DNA from: an archaeon
GTDB lineage: Archaea > SpSt-1190 > DYHY01
Reading direction: 5' to 3'
DNA length: 64,000 nucleotides
Assembly (NCBI GenBank): GCA_037442745.1
Contig: JBBIPP010000006.1
Location: 734-64,733 of the forward strand
Numbering within the stretch: the first letter of the stretch is position 1; each line of letters opens with the position of its first letter. Below, one piece after another: positions 46,809-56,554 of the stretch. The notes under the pieces are model-generated. The model saw nothing but the letters and a program-made list of their open reading frames with translations, was not told the DNA's origin and made no database searches. The position numbers and the translations under genes were made by a program.

Positions 46809-47366
46809 ATGTCTGACCGAAAAGCGTCCGCAGTTGGAAAGGAGGTTTTAGCATCAGTATATGAGCTTCCCTACCACCTTCTGGGTGCTCCGGGAGAAGG
46901 AATCCTTGCCCTGAAAAAAATTTACCGGGATTCCCCGGAGAGCGACCCGTCAAAGCAGGTTCTTTCAGCAACGGGAAATGTCCTCTCCGCGGTAACTGAA
47001 CTGCCCATTTTAGGTCCGGTTGTCCAAGGTATTGGCTATCTTGGAGACAAGGGCTTTGAAAAGGCGGAGCGGCTCAGAAAAGAGGCTGCCGATATAAGAG
47101 GGGGGCCTTCCGCGGAGGACCGGTTTTATTCTTGGGTCGGAAAAAGTCCCGTCGTTCAGGCTGCCGGCACAAAAATGAAAAGCCTTCTTGAAAAAACTCC
47201 CGACATTTTTAAGGGATATGAAAAGGGGGAGAATGACGCAATGTATGCCCATGAGATCGGCTACGGTTGGGAAAATGGGCCAAATTCCGAGAGCGTCTTT
47301 GACAATGTCTTTGGCAATGGGGCGGCATCCAGAATAAGAGCGGGCGCAAAGGATTATAGGAACTAG
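46809..47366 (+). CDS. Hypothetical protein
   Basis: ORF from ATG 46809 between EamA and HIT genes. Confidence 0.6.
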   Translation: MSDRKASAVGKEVLASVYELPYHLLGAPGEGILALKKIYRDSPESDPSKQVLSATGNVLSAVTELPILGPVVQGIGYLGDKGFEKAERLRKEAADIRGGPSAEDRFYSWVGKSPVVQAAGTKMKSLLEKTPDIFKGYEKGENDAMYAHEIGYGWENGPNSESVFDNVFGNGAASRIRAGAKDYRN

Positions 47367-47770
47367 AAACTCTTCCTTATTCTTTCGGCAATTGCCTCGT
47401 ACTGTTCTTTTGAAAAATGCAGATGAACTGAAAAGTCAAGTAGCTTTCCGTGATGGTCTCCCTCGTTTCTGGGAATTATCCAAAGCGCCGCATGGGGAAC
47501 CTGCATTCCAAGAGTAAGAAAGGAGACTGTCTTTGCGTTCAGTCCCTTCATGCAGGCAAGGGCGACTTTTTTTCCTGTTTCGAAAAATTCGCCGGCCTCG
47601 GGAAGCTCATGGACCCATCTGTAGTGTTTTTTTGGTATCAGAATTGTGTGGCCTATTGCCTTGGGGTCAATTGAAAGGAATGCCAGATAATTTTCATCCT
47701 CGTAAATCTTGAACTCGGGAAGCTCATGATTGACTATTTTGCAAAAAGCGCAGTCTGATTCTCCGGCCAT
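47363..47770 (-). CDS. HIT family protein
   Basis: CAFCKI, GHTILIPKKH; the HxHxH triad is degenerate (VPHAALWI). Confidence 0.85.
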   Translation of the reverse strand: MAGESDCAFCKIVNHELPEFKIYEDENYLAFLSIDPKAIGHTILIPKKHYRWVHELPEAGEFFETGKKVALACMKGLNAKTVSFLTLGMQVPHAALWIIPRNEGDHHGKLLDFSVHLHFSKEQYEAIAERIRKSF

Positions 47771-47856
47771 TCTTTACCCTAATGCCCGCCCGGATTTAAG
47801 CTTAATTGTGCTTCAGGCGAAGAAAAATTTTTAACCGGCGTTCCCGGGCGTCTCTT

Positions 47857-48510
47857 ATGCCCAAGAGACGTTGCATGTCATGCGGAGAAATAATCGACTC
47901 TTCCTGGAAGTTTTGTCCCTCTTGCGGAGAGGAGCAAAATAACATCCCAGACTTTCTCTCTGAATTCTTCAGCGAATTCGACAGGAACTTGAGAAATATT
48001 GCCGGAATGAATTTTGAGAGGCTTGACACAACCCCGATGTTTTCAGAAAATGCGGGAGGTTTTTCCCTCAAAGTCACCAGAAGGAACAATGAAGAGCCGA
48101 AAGTTGAGGTGAGGACTTTTGGGAACGTCCGGCCTGAAGATATTGAGAGGAACATAAGGGGTCTTCCCCCGACTGCGCCCTTGAGGGGCGGTTTTGTGAG
48201 AATAGGTGTTGCCCCAAAAACGATCCAGACTCCAAGAAAGCCGGGCAAAATTTCGGAACCGCGCTCGAAAATAACAACTGAAGGAAACAGGGTGATTGTC
48301 GAGCTTGCCCTCCCAAACGTTCCTTCGCTAAAGGATGTCGAGGTTACTGAGCTTGAGAGCTCAATTGAGGTGAGGGGCTACGGGAAGGATGAAAGCTATT
48401 TCAAGATAATCGCAATCCCTGAAGGGGCAAGGGTAATTGGAAAGAGCTTCTCCGGAGGAACCCTCCGCCTTGAGCTAGGAAAGAATGAAGGAACAGAAGG
48501 CACGAAATGA
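47857..48510 (+). CDS. Zinc-ribbon plus Hsp20-like domain protein
   Basis: CMSCG..WKFCPSCG at N-terminus; ELALPNV...SIEVR...GTLRLEL alpha-crystallin-like C-terminus. Confidence 0.75.
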   Translation: MPKRRCMSCGEIIDSSWKFCPSCGEEQNNIPDFLSEFFSEFDRNLRNIAGMNFERLDTTPMFSENAGGFSLKVTRRNNEEPKVEVRTFGNVRPEDIERNIRGLPPTAPLRGGFVRIGVAPKTIQTPRKPGKISEPRSKITTEGNRVIVELALPNVPSLKDVEVTELESSIEVRGYGKDESYFKIIAIPEGARVIGKSFSGGTLRLELGKNEGTEGTK

Positions 48511-48935
48511 GTTTACCCAAAATTAACCAGACTGTCCTCATTCTCGACACCTCCCTAATTCTCGAGCTCTTCAAGACGAAAAGGTTCGACCTAGTGGAGC
48601 TTCGGGCGCTCTCGGGCGCAAGGGAGGTCGTTCTTCCAAAGTCGGTCGGAGGCGAGCTCGAAAAACTTGGGAAAAAGGACATCCTCAACTATCTTGTTTC
48701 GAGTGGGTGCGCAATTGTCGAATCCGGAAGCAAGACAAAGCACGGCGACCGGGAAATTGAGGAGCTCTGCCTGAAATTCTCTCCGGATAGGGAGATTGTT
48801 ATAGGAACTCAGGACTTTGCCCTCGCATCAAAGCTAAAGTCTTTTAAAGGAAAATTCGGGCATATTTTCGAGAGAGGAGGAAAAAAGCTCGGGTTCTCCA
48901 ATATTGGGGAGCGTCTGCCGGGCAGGAAATCCTGA
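48507..48935 (+). CDS. PIN-domain protein (Fcf1/Utp24-like)
   Basis: ILDTS, VxxEL, GD, IGTQD; conserved position ahead of rpoE1. Confidence 0.75.
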   Translation: MSLPKINQTVLILDTSLILELFKTKRFDLVELRALSGAREVVLPKSVGGELEKLGKKDILNYLVSSGCAIVESGSKTKHGDREIEELCLKFSPDREIVIGTQDFALASKLKSFKGKFGHIFERGGKKLGFSNIGERLPGRKS

Positions 48936-48939
48936 CAAA

Positions 48940-49539
48940 ATGGGGAAAAGTCTTTGGAAAGAGCTTTCAACGGGCAAGAATCCGCCCGAGGACATCAATG
49001 TTGTTATAGAAATATTGAAAGGGGGCAGGCAGAGGTTCAACCTCGAAGGTGAGCACCCTTTCCTTGAGGGGGTTTTCTCAGCCCTCGCATATCCTTCCGA
49101 CTGCGGGTTCGTTCCGAGGACGTGCTGGGACAGCGGAAGGCCTATTGAAGTTTTGGTCCTTGTTGATGAGCGCACGTTCCCCGGATGCATTGTTCCGGCA
49201 AGGCCGATTGCTGTCCTGAAAATTCTCGGAGCCGATGAGAAAAGGAGCGACAAGGTCCTCGCAGTTCCTTTGGGCGACCCGAAATACGACAACGTAAGGT
49301 CGGCAAAGGACCTCCCTCCGCATGTTGAGGAGGAAATACTCCATTTCTATACAACATTCAAGCAGTCCCTCGGGATTTCGGCCAATTTCGAAATACTTGG
49401 TTGGGGGGACGAGAATGAGGCGAAAAAGATTGTCCTCCACGGAATGAAGGTTTTCAGGAGGAAGGAATTGACTGAAAAAGGCGGAATGGACATGCTTAAA
49501 ACCGGTGAAAATCAGGAATTAGATGAAAACGAACTATAG
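48940..49539 (+). CDS. ppa: Family I inorganic pyrophosphatase homolog with degenerate active site
   Basis: VVIEI, YP..GFVPRT, FPGCIVPARPI, DKVLAVP..DP fold motifs; DGDPxD replaced by SGRPIE. Confidence 0.85.
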   Translation: MGKSLWKELSTGKNPPEDINVVIEILKGGRQRFNLEGEHPFLEGVFSALAYPSDCGFVPRTCWDSGRPIEVLVLVDERTFPGCIVPARPIAVLKILGADEKRSDKVLAVPLGDPKYDNVRSAKDLPPHVEEEILHFYTTFKQSLGISANFEILGWGDENEAKKIVLHGMKVFRRKELTEKGGMDMLKTGENQELDENEL

Positions 49540-49551
49540 GAGACTGATGAA

Positions 49552-50103
49552 ATGCACGAAATTGTCACAATGCGGGAAAGCGTAAGGGTTCCTCCAAAGT
49601 TCCTAGAGGAAAGCTCGACTGAATCGGTGAAGAAGGCTCTTCGCGAGTCGGTTGAGGGAACAATTGACAAGGACAAGGGAATAATACTTTGCGTAACTGA
49701 TGTCCTTGACATCTCGGACGGAAACATTATTGCCGGGGACGGAGCAGTCTACTATGACACAGCTTTCAATGCGCTAGTCTACAAGCCGGAGCTCCACGAA
49801 GTGCTTGACGGGGAAGTGATTGAGGTTGTCGAATTCGGGTGTTTCGTTAGAATAGGGCCATTGGACGGCCTAGTACATGTCTCCCAGGCTTCTGACGAGT
49901 TCATGAGCTTCTCAGCCGAGGGGATTCTTGCCGGAAAGACAGGAGCAAGGACGCTTAAGGTGGGAGACAAGGTCAGGGCAAGGCTCGTTACAATAAGCCT
50001 GAAGGGCGCGTCCTCTAAAATCGGGCTCACAATGAAGCAGCCGGGCCTCGGAAAATTCGAATGGCTTGAAGAGGAGAAAAAGGCGGCCGGAGGAAAGAAG
50101 TAG
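49552..50103 (+). CDS. rpoE1: RNA polymerase subunit Rpo7 (E')
   Basis: VRVPP, GDGAVY, FGCFVRIGPLDGLVHVSQ, IGLTMKQPGLGK. Confidence 0.96.
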   Translation: MHEIVTMRESVRVPPKFLEESSTESVKKALRESVEGTIDKDKGIILCVTDVLDISDGNIIAGDGAVYYDTAFNALVYKPELHEVLDGEVIEVVEFGCFVRIGPLDGLVHVSQASDEFMSFSAEGILAGKTGARTLKVGDKVRARLVTISLKGASSKIGLTMKQPGLGKFEWLEEEKKAAGGKK

Positions 50104-50105
50104 AA

Positions 50106-50303
50106 ATGGCATCGAAACAGACAAAGGTCTGCAGGAACTGCAGGGCAATTGTTGAAAAGGGAGATTCCTGCCCCCTCTGCAAGGGAACCGATTTCACGAC
50201 AACCTGGGCGGGTTTCTCGATAATATATGACCCGGAGAATTCCGCAATTGCAAAAGAGATGGGTGTTGAGATCAAGGGAGAATTCGCCCTTCGCGTCAGA
50301 TAG
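50106..50303 (+). CDS. spt4: Transcription elongation factor Spt4 (RpoE'')
   Basis: CRNC..CPLC, W.G, DPENSAIA, GEFALRVR. Confidence 0.95.
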   Translation: MASKQTKVCRNCRAIVEKGDSCPLCKGTDFTTTWAGFSIIYDPENSAIAKEMGVEIKGEFALRVR

Positions 50304-50364
50304 TCTTGTTTCAGTAAGAGTTAAAAACGGCTAAAAAACTAATAATCCGAGTGAAAACTGAAAA

Positions 50365-50688
50365 ATGCCTGATATAAAAATACTAGGGAAAACCGAAGAG
50401 CCCCTTTTGAAAAGGAAGATGGTCGAGTTTGAAGTCAGCCACGGAGCGTCCCCAACCCCGAAAAGGAAGGAAACAAAGTCAAAGTTGGCAGTCCTCCTAG
50501 GAACTGAGGAGCCGTTGGTGGTAATTGACAATTTTGGGACAACCTACGGCCTAAACATTGCAAAGGGAACTGCTTTCGTCTACGAGTCAGAGGACGCCCT
50601 TGTTTCCGCGGAAGGAAGAATCAAGGCATCAAAGGAAAAAAACGGCAAGCACAAGAAGAATGCTCTTGGTTCAGCGCCTTCCCAGTAA
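50365..50688 (+). CDS. rps24e: Ribosomal protein S24e
   Basis: PLLKRK, H..PTPKR, T.YG, VYES. Confidence 0.9.
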   Translation: MPDIKILGKTEEPLLKRKMVEFEVSHGASPTPKRKETKSKLAVLLGTEEPLVVIDNFGTTYGLNIAKGTAFVYESEDALVSAEGRIKASKEKNGKHKKNALGSAPSQ

Positions 50689-50693
50689 GAAAG

Positions 50694-51326
50694 ATGGCGG
50701 ATTTTTCCCGCCAGTTGCCAAAAAACCAAAAGGATCTAGCAATTCTCCTCTCGAAATTCAGGGGGTTTTCCTCCCCGAAGAATTCCCTTGAGCAGTGGGA
50801 GACTCCGGGGGAAATTGCCTCGGTTATTGCATTCCTTGCCGAAAGGGACATTTCAGGAAAATCTGTCTGCGACCTCGGTGCAGGAACGGGAATCCTTTCC
50901 GGCGCCTGCTTTCTAATTGGAGCGAAAAGGGTTGTCGCAGTTGAGGTTGATTCAGATGCAATCGGAACAATGCGGGAGAACTTTGATAGGTTCGGAATAT
51001 CGGCCGAGATTGCCGAGTGCGACATTTCCGAATTTTCCCCTGAAAGCCAGTTTGACGTCGCAATAATGAACCCCCCCTTCGGAGCACAGAGGGAAGCCAG
51101 GGGGCTGGACAGAATTTTCCTTGAAAAGGCGATTTCAATTGCCCCGGTTGTCTATTCCCTCCACATTGCTTCAACGCGAAACTTTATAAGGGGATTTTCC
51201 GAGTCAAAACTAGCGAAAGACTCTGTAATAGGGACGTTCCAGTTTCCCCTGAGGGCGTCAAGAGCCTTTCACACAAGGGAAATTGAGAGAAAAGAGGTAG
51301 ACTTTCACAGAATATGGCGGAAATAA
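50694..51326 (+). CDS. METTL5-family N6-adenine RNA methyltransferase
   Basis: LEQWETP, DLGAGTG, MNPPFG, VYSLH, FH. Confidence 0.9.
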   Translation: MADFSRQLPKNQKDLAILLSKFRGFSSPKNSLEQWETPGEIASVIAFLAERDISGKSVCDLGAGTGILSGACFLIGAKRVVAVEVDSDAIGTMRENFDRFGISAEIAECDISEFSPESQFDVAIMNPPFGAQREARGLDRIFLEKAISIAPVVYSLHIASTRNFIRGFSESKLAKDSVIGTFQFPLRASRAFHTREIERKEVDFHRIWRK

Positions 51327-51595
51327 GGATTTCAGAAAAATCCTCGGGAAAAGAGGCGACAATCGAGATTGAGGACAGCGGAAATTTCCTTGTCCAAGGC
51401 ATTAGGACAGAGCTCCTGAAAAACTCGTCAGTCGATTTCGCGGGAGCAAAGCTAGAGCACCCCTTGAAGAAGACCGGGATCCTCTCGGTCAAGGTCTCAA
51501 AAGGCACTGCGGTCTCGGCAGTCAAAGACGCCTGCGAAAGAATTGACAAGTCCGCAAAGGAATTCTCGAAAAAATTCGCGGACGAATACAAGTGA
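51314..51595 (+). CDS. rpoL: RNA polymerase subunit Rpo11 (L)
   Basis: VDFAG..EHPL motif, size and conserved position. Confidence 0.85.
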   Translation: MAEIRISEKSSGKEATIEIEDSGNFLVQGIRTELLKNSSVDFAGAKLEHPLKKTGILSVKVSKGTAVSAVKDACERIDKSAKEFSKKFADEYK

Positions 51596-51673
51596 TTTCC
51601 CTGAAAAAGGGTTTTGCTACCTTGGAAATCCGGGCGCAAATTAATTAAAAGGGAAACTCCGCTTATTTTTCCG

Positions 51674-53248
51674 ATGCGAACAAAGGAGCTCCTCGATTTC
51701 TATTCAAGGGAGGATGTCTCTTCAGCAATTGTCTCCTTCGGAAAGAACAGGGAGGTTGTCGGGCGAAGGCTTCGGGGGGACTATAACAAGAGGCCGGACA
51801 TTCTGGCATACCCGGGAGACGTCCACTCCCTCGCCAAGGGAGGAGTTACTTCCTTTCATGCGTCAGTTGAGCTGTGGAGAAACCCCCTTTCGCTAGTTCC
51901 CGGAATGCATAGAAAGGAGATTGACGATAACAGGGCCGGCTGGGATTTCTTGATAGATTTGGATTCAAAAGTCGATCATTCCGACCCTTTCAGGGGCCTA
52001 GAATACAGCAAAATAGCAGCAAACGTCCTAATACAAGCTCTCGACACTTACGGGCTGGAAGAAATACCAATAAAATTTTCTGGAAAGGCAGGCTTTCACA
52101 TTTTCATTCCATTCGGGCTTTTCCCCCGAAAATGGAGGGGCGCGCCAATCGAATCGGCTTTCCCGGAGCTTCCACGCCTGATGGGAAAATACCTGACGCA
52201 ACTTTGCAAGGAAAAGGTAAGCGAGGATATTGAGGAAACTTTCGGAAAGCAGTCTGCAATTGACGACGCGCGGACAGTCCATGAGCGGGAGGTGGCGGAG
52301 ATTGAGAGGCTGTTTAGGGCCGAGATACAAAAGCAGGCGGACGAGCAGTGGAAAGGGGGCAGGCCGAAGCATGAGCTTGTTGCAAAATTGCTGCTGGAGG
52401 ACCCGGCCGGCCACAAGCTCCGGATAAAAAAAGAGTATAACGAAAAGCATCCGAGCATTGACAATTTCGGAATAGTCAAGATTGACTCCGTCTTGATTTC
52501 TCCAAGGCACCTTGTAAGGGCGCCATATTCCTTCAACGAGAAAAGCTGGCTTGTTTCAATACCAGTTGAACCAAAAAAGCTCCTGAAATTCGACCCCGAG
52601 ACCGCGCGCCCGGAGAATATTGAAAGGGTTGTGAAATTCGAGGGGGGTATGGGGAGCCTCGAGAGCTTGATAGACCTCCTTCCGACAGCTTTCTCAAGGG
52701 AAGATACCCGGAAGGAATATGTTGAGCAGTGGAAAACGTCAAAAGTCAAATCCAAGGGAAAATATCTTCCGGATTCCGTTGAGGAAAAGCCTAAAATCAA
52801 GCTCTCGGAATCGGTTTTTCCCCCTTGCATCGGGGCAATATTTTCGGAAATTGATGTCGAAGACGGTAGGAAGAGGCGCCTCTTCATTCTGCAGGGCTTT
52901 CTCCAGTCGGCCGGCTGGAGCGCTGAGGAAATATCGGAGAAATGCAATTCGTGGAACAGCTCCCTGAAAAATCCCCTGCCCCCTGTCTATATTGCAGGCC
53001 AGCTCTCCTATATTGGGAGAAGCAAGCGGGACAATGGCCTGATTGCCCCGAACTGCGAGACTGATGGCTTCTACCGGGAAATGGGAATTTGCAGGCCGGA
53101 TTCCTTCTGCTTCGGCGTGAAAAACCCGATAACTTCCGCTTTCAGGAGGCTGCCGAAGAAGAGAATTTCCGCCCCGGAGCCGAAAAAGGCGCGGAAGGCG
53201 CGCGGGCCAGCCCGAAAAGGCAAGAAGGGGGAAAAACCCGCCTTATAA
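51674..53248 (+). CDS. Fused DNA primase (PriS catalytic domain plus PriL Fe-S C-terminal domain)
   Basis: WDFLIDLD, KFSGKAGFH, RHLVRAPYS; C-terminal FPPCI, PNC, C.PD.FC..KNP. Confidence 0.9.
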   Translation: MRTKELLDFYSREDVSSAIVSFGKNREVVGRRLRGDYNKRPDILAYPGDVHSLAKGGVTSFHASVELWRNPLSLVPGMHRKEIDDNRAGWDFLIDLDSKVDHSDPFRGLEYSKIAANVLIQALDTYGLEEIPIKFSGKAGFHIFIPFGLFPRKWRGAPIESAFPELPRLMGKYLTQLCKEKVSEDIEETFGKQSAIDDARTVHEREVAEIERLFRAEIQKQADEQWKGGRPKHELVAKLLLEDPAGHKLRIKKEYNEKHPSIDNFGIVKIDSVLISPRHLVRAPYSFNEKSWLVSIPVEPKKLLKFDPETARPENIERVVKFEGGMGSLESLIDLLPTAFSREDTRKEYVEQWKTSKVKSKGKYLPDSVEEKPKIKLSESVFPPCIGAIFSEIDVEDGRKRRLFILQGFLQSAGWSAEEISEKCNSWNSSLKNPLPPVYIAGQLSYIGRSKRDNGLIAPNCETDGFYREMGICRPDSFCFGVKNPITSAFRRLPKKRISAPEPKKARKARGPARKGKKGEKPAL

Positions 53249-53298
53249 CTTGGGCAGGGGAATTTTTTAAAGGGCGCTTTTGTTCAAAATCCTGAAAA

Positions 53299-53904
53299 AT
53301 GCCTGAAGTGGAAGAGCCAAGGGACGGGGAGGAAACAATAAATTTCGTCTCGCTCAGGGAAATACAGAGGAAGGAACGGGATTTCACCCCCCTCTCAAGC
53401 CTCCCGCAGGGCTTTTACCTGAAAGTTGCAATGTACTTCTCGCTCTCCAACAGGACAATTGACGGGCTTCTTGAGAAGAAGAGAGAGAACGAGTTTGCGG
53501 CAAAAGTCCTCAGGCAGAAGGAAACTGAGGTTGAGAATGCACGGGGCGTTGTAAGGGACATTTTCTCAAGGCGTCTTCGGAAAATCCTTGTCCTTGCCCA
53601 CGAGGCAGTGTTCACCCGGGCGATTGCCGACACAAAGGCAATGACGGCTGAAGAGCTAGAGATTTTCGAGTCCCTCTCAAAGAGGCTCTCGGACTTTGAC
53701 GAGAAGGTATATGCCCGGATTCTTGAGAGTTCAGTGTCAAAAGTCAGGGAAGGTTTCTCAAGGGTTGAGTTCCTAGACGAGTGCCCGGCGTTCGTCGGAG
53801 CTGACATGAAGAATTACGGACCGTATTCAATTGGAGAGCGCGCCGAAGTTCCGTGGAAGAACGCGGAAATCCTAGTATCGTCGGGGAAAGCCAAGAAAGG
53901 CTGA
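53299..53904 (+). CDS. GINS complex subunit (Gins51/15 type)
   Basis: ER..LSSLP..FY, RRLRKI, FVGADMKNYGPY..GE. Confidence 0.88.
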   Translation: MPEVEEPRDGEETINFVSLREIQRKERDFTPLSSLPQGFYLKVAMYFSLSNRTIDGLLEKKRENEFAAKVLRQKETEVENARGVVRDIFSRRLRKILVLAHEAVFTRAIADTKAMTAEELEIFESLSKRLSDFDEKVYARILESSVSKVREGFSRVEFLDECPAFVGADMKNYGPYSIGERAEVPWKNAEILVSSGKAKKG

Positions 53905-53965
53905 GCCCTTCGTGGAGTTTTTGCGCGCTAAAGTATAAATCCTCGGGCGAAAGAATTTCCTGAAA

Positions 53966-54946
53966 ATGGCAAGAGCCCTTGTTTTTTTCCTGGTTCTCTC
54001 GCTTATCCTCCTTTCCGCGGGCGCGTCAGTTGTTGTCTCTGAATCGAACTCCTCCAAATCCCGGGAGGTATTCAGGACAACGGGCGTGCCTACAACATCA
54101 GTCACTTTCAGGTATTGCCGGGAGATAGGTTCGGGAGAAATTAGACGCCTCTTCTCATTGAGCAAGGCGGGCGAGCTCACAAAAGGGCTTTCGCTCGAGT
54201 TCCCCCTCTCCTGCGAGAACGCGAATTCTACTGCCCGGGAGAAATGGGCATATGTGAAATATTCCGTCCCAAAGAGCGCGTCATCCCTCGGGGTTTCCTA
54301 CAAAGGAAGGATTGTTTTCAATTATGACGGCTCCTCCGCCGGATTGTCCCAAGAGCCCTTTGTCTCCAATCTCTCGGGAACAATCTCCTCTTTTGAGGCT
54401 ATCCCGCTTGTCGGAAAATTCGTCTCGGGCGCCCCCCTTCCGGTCGAAGGCTACCTGGATTATCCATTCATTACCCTTAAATCAGGGGACAACTTCCTCT
54501 CAATTGAAACAAGGGAGGGGATTGTCTACGGCTTTGCCTTGAGAACTGAAAAGTTGGTTAAAGACGTCCTTGACTATTATCCGTTTCTCCCAGAAAATTC
54601 GACCGACTATCTGGTTTTCGCGGCCGATAAGGGTGGCCTAGAGTGCGCAATAGGAAGCTACTACCAAGACTCCCTAGTTATTTTCGGAAAGACGGATATT
54701 GAGGGAGAGTGCATTACGAACGCCGGGAATTACCTGATTTTCGAGAGGGGAAAACTTGTTGAAGGTTGGGCTTATTCTCTAATCAAAGCCAGGGATTACA
54801 AAGATAATTATCCCCAGAATTTCGCTTTCAGGTGGGGCGTTCCTTCCGAAAAGTTCGAGGAGAATCTTGTAATTATTCGGAGAAAGCCAGGGTTTTTCGA
54901 GGGAGTTTTCTCGTTTTTCAGGGGGCTTTTTTCCGGCGGGAAATAG
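53966..54946 (+). CDS. Secreted hypothetical protein with amphipathic C-terminus
   Basis: Signal peptide; ends GFFEGVFSFFRGLFSGGK. Confidence 0.7.
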   Translation: MARALVFFLVLSLILLSAGASVVVSESNSSKSREVFRTTGVPTTSVTFRYCREIGSGEIRRLFSLSKAGELTKGLSLEFPLSCENANSTAREKWAYVKYSVPKSASSLGVSYKGRIVFNYDGSSAGLSQEPFVSNLSGTISSFEAIPLVGKFVSGAPLPVEGYLDYPFITLKSGDNFLSIETREGIVYGFALRTEKLVKDVLDYYPFLPENSTDYLVFAADKGGLECAIGSYYQDSLVIFGKTDIEGECITNAGNYLIFERGKLVEGWAYSLIKARDYKDNYPQNFAFRWGVPSEKFEENLVIIRRKPGFFEGVFSFFRGLFSGGK

Positions 54947-55001
54947 GGGGCAAGTGCCTCGGAAAACCTTTAAAAACCGCCCTTTCACCCTTCAAACCGA
55001 A

Positions 55002-55292
55002 ATGAAACTCCCAAAGGAAACAATGGCATATTGTCCAACATGCAAGAAGCACACTCTCAATAAAATCGCTCTTGTGAAGAAGCACAAGGCTAGCGAGCTT
55101 GCGGAAGGCCAGAGGCGGTATAGGAGGAAGACTGTCGGATACACCGGATTTCCAAGGCCGAAACCCTCTGGGGAAAAGGCTGCAAGAAGGAAGGACTTGA
55201 GGCTGGAGTGTGTTGTTTGCAAGAAGGAGAGGCCGAGAAGGCGGACATTCAGGGCGAAAAAGTTCGAACTTGTGAAGAAGGAAGGCAAGTGA
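55002..55292 (+). CDS. rpl44e: Ribosomal protein L44e
   Basis: [26 protein letters not shown]. Confidence 0.95.
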   Translation: MKLPKETMAYCPTCKKHTLNKIALVKKHKASELAEGQRRYRRKTVGYTGFPRPKPSGEKAARRKDLRLECVVCKKERPRRRTFRAKKFELVKKEGK

Positions 55293-55300
55293 TTATTGAA

Positions 55301-55507
55301 ATGGCAAGGAGAAAAAGGGGAACGGCAATACCAATGCCTGAATCGAAGTTCATGAAGGTAAAGTGCGACAAGTGCAAGAATGAGCAGATAATTTTCAACA
55401 AGCCGGCGAACGTTGTAAAATGCCTTGTCTGCGACTCGGTCCTAGTCGAGCCGAGGGGCGGAACTGTGAGCGAAAAGCACGTCAAGGTAATAGAGACGTT
55501 TGACTAG
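55301..55507 (+). CDS. rps27e: Ribosomal protein S27e
   Basis: [26 protein letters not shown]. Confidence 0.95.
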   Translation: MARRKRGTAIPMPESKFMKVKCDKCKNEQIIFNKPANVVKCLVCDSVLVEPRGGTVSEKHVKVIETFD

Positions 55508-55511
55508 TCAG

Positions 55512-56366
55512 ATGGATGCTTTTTCAGAAAGCCCTTCAGAGGGCGGGCAGGTGGGGGGAAAGAAGGAGCCTCCCAGAATTGAGAAAAAGCAGGGCTTTCC
55601 ATATGAGGGCGACCTCGTACTCTGCACAATAACAAATGTTTATCCGACAAGCGCCTTTGCCTCCCTCGACGAATATGAAAATTTGGAGGGAATGATTCCG
55701 ATTGGCGAAATATCCTCGTCCTGGGTGAAAAACATCCGGTCGATTGTCAAAGAAGGGAAAAGCACAGTATGCCTCGTGATGGCAGTCAATCCCGACAGGC
55801 GCCACATTAACTTGTCCCTGAAGCGCGTTAGCGAGTCCGACAAGAAGCAAAAGTTCGAGCAGGTGAAGCGGGCGAAGAAGACCCAGAAAATGATAGAGCA
55901 GGTGCGGGAAATCCTCTCCGGAAAACTGCCTGAAGACTTGGGCGAGCTCTTGGAAAAGGAGTTCGCGGAGGTCTATTTCGCGTTCGAAGCGGCGGCAAAG
56001 GACGGGAAAGGCTCCCTAATTGAGAGGGGGATTCCTGAAAAAATCGCGTCAGCATTCGAGACTGCGGGAAGGGAGAACATTGTATTCCAGGATATTGAGC
56101 TCAAGGCGTCTGTCGAGCTCTCAAGCTTTGAAGGGAACGGAGTCGAGCAGGTGAAAAAAATCCTCTCAATTGCGGAGAGAGCTGGAGCGAAAGTCTCCTA
56201 TATCAGCGCCCCGAAATACCACATCTCCCTTGTCGGAAAGGACTTCAAGTCGATTGAGAGAAAGCTCCGAGAGATTGCTGAGGAAATGTCCAAAGCAGGG
56301 AAGAAGGCTCGCTTTGATTTTGCGCTAATCAAGGACGGAAACAGGGAAGAAGAGGTCAAGGTCTGA
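55512..56366 (+). CDS. eif2a: Translation initiation factor aIF2 alpha
   Basis: S1 domain LDEY..EG..EIS..WVKNIR, INLSLKRV, SAPKY. Confidence 0.95.
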   Translation: MDAFSESPSEGGQVGGKKEPPRIEKKQGFPYEGDLVLCTITNVYPTSAFASLDEYENLEGMIPIGEISSSWVKNIRSIVKEGKSTVCLVMAVNPDRRHINLSLKRVSESDKKQKFEQVKRAKKTQKMIEQVREILSGKLPEDLGELLEKEFAEVYFAFEAAAKDGKGSLIERGIPEKIASAFETAGRENIVFQDIELKASVELSSFEGNGVEQVKKILSIAERAGAKVSYISAPKYHISLVGKDFKSIERKLREIAEEMSKAGKKARFDFALIKDGNREEEVKV

Positions 56367-56374
56367 GGAAAAAA

Positions 56375-56548
56375 ATGCTCAAATGCCAATCATGCGGAAG
56401 ATACACTCTGAAAAGCTCCTGTCCGGAATGCGGTTCGGACGCAAGTTCACCCAATCCGGCCAAGTTCTCTCCGGCTGATTCGTACGGGAAATACAGGCGC
56501 ATAATGAAGCGGAGCGCTGAGGAAGGCAAGGGCGACAAAAAAAGGTGA
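56375..56548 (+). CDS. nop10: H/ACA RNP protein Nop10
   Basis: Not in ORF track. MLKCQSCGRYTLKSSCPECG..PAKFSPADSYGKYRR. Confidence 0.93.
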   Translation: MLKCQSCGRYTLKSSCPECGSDASSPNPAKFSPADSYGKYRRIMKRSAEEGKGDKKR

Positions 56549-56554
56549 AACGGA

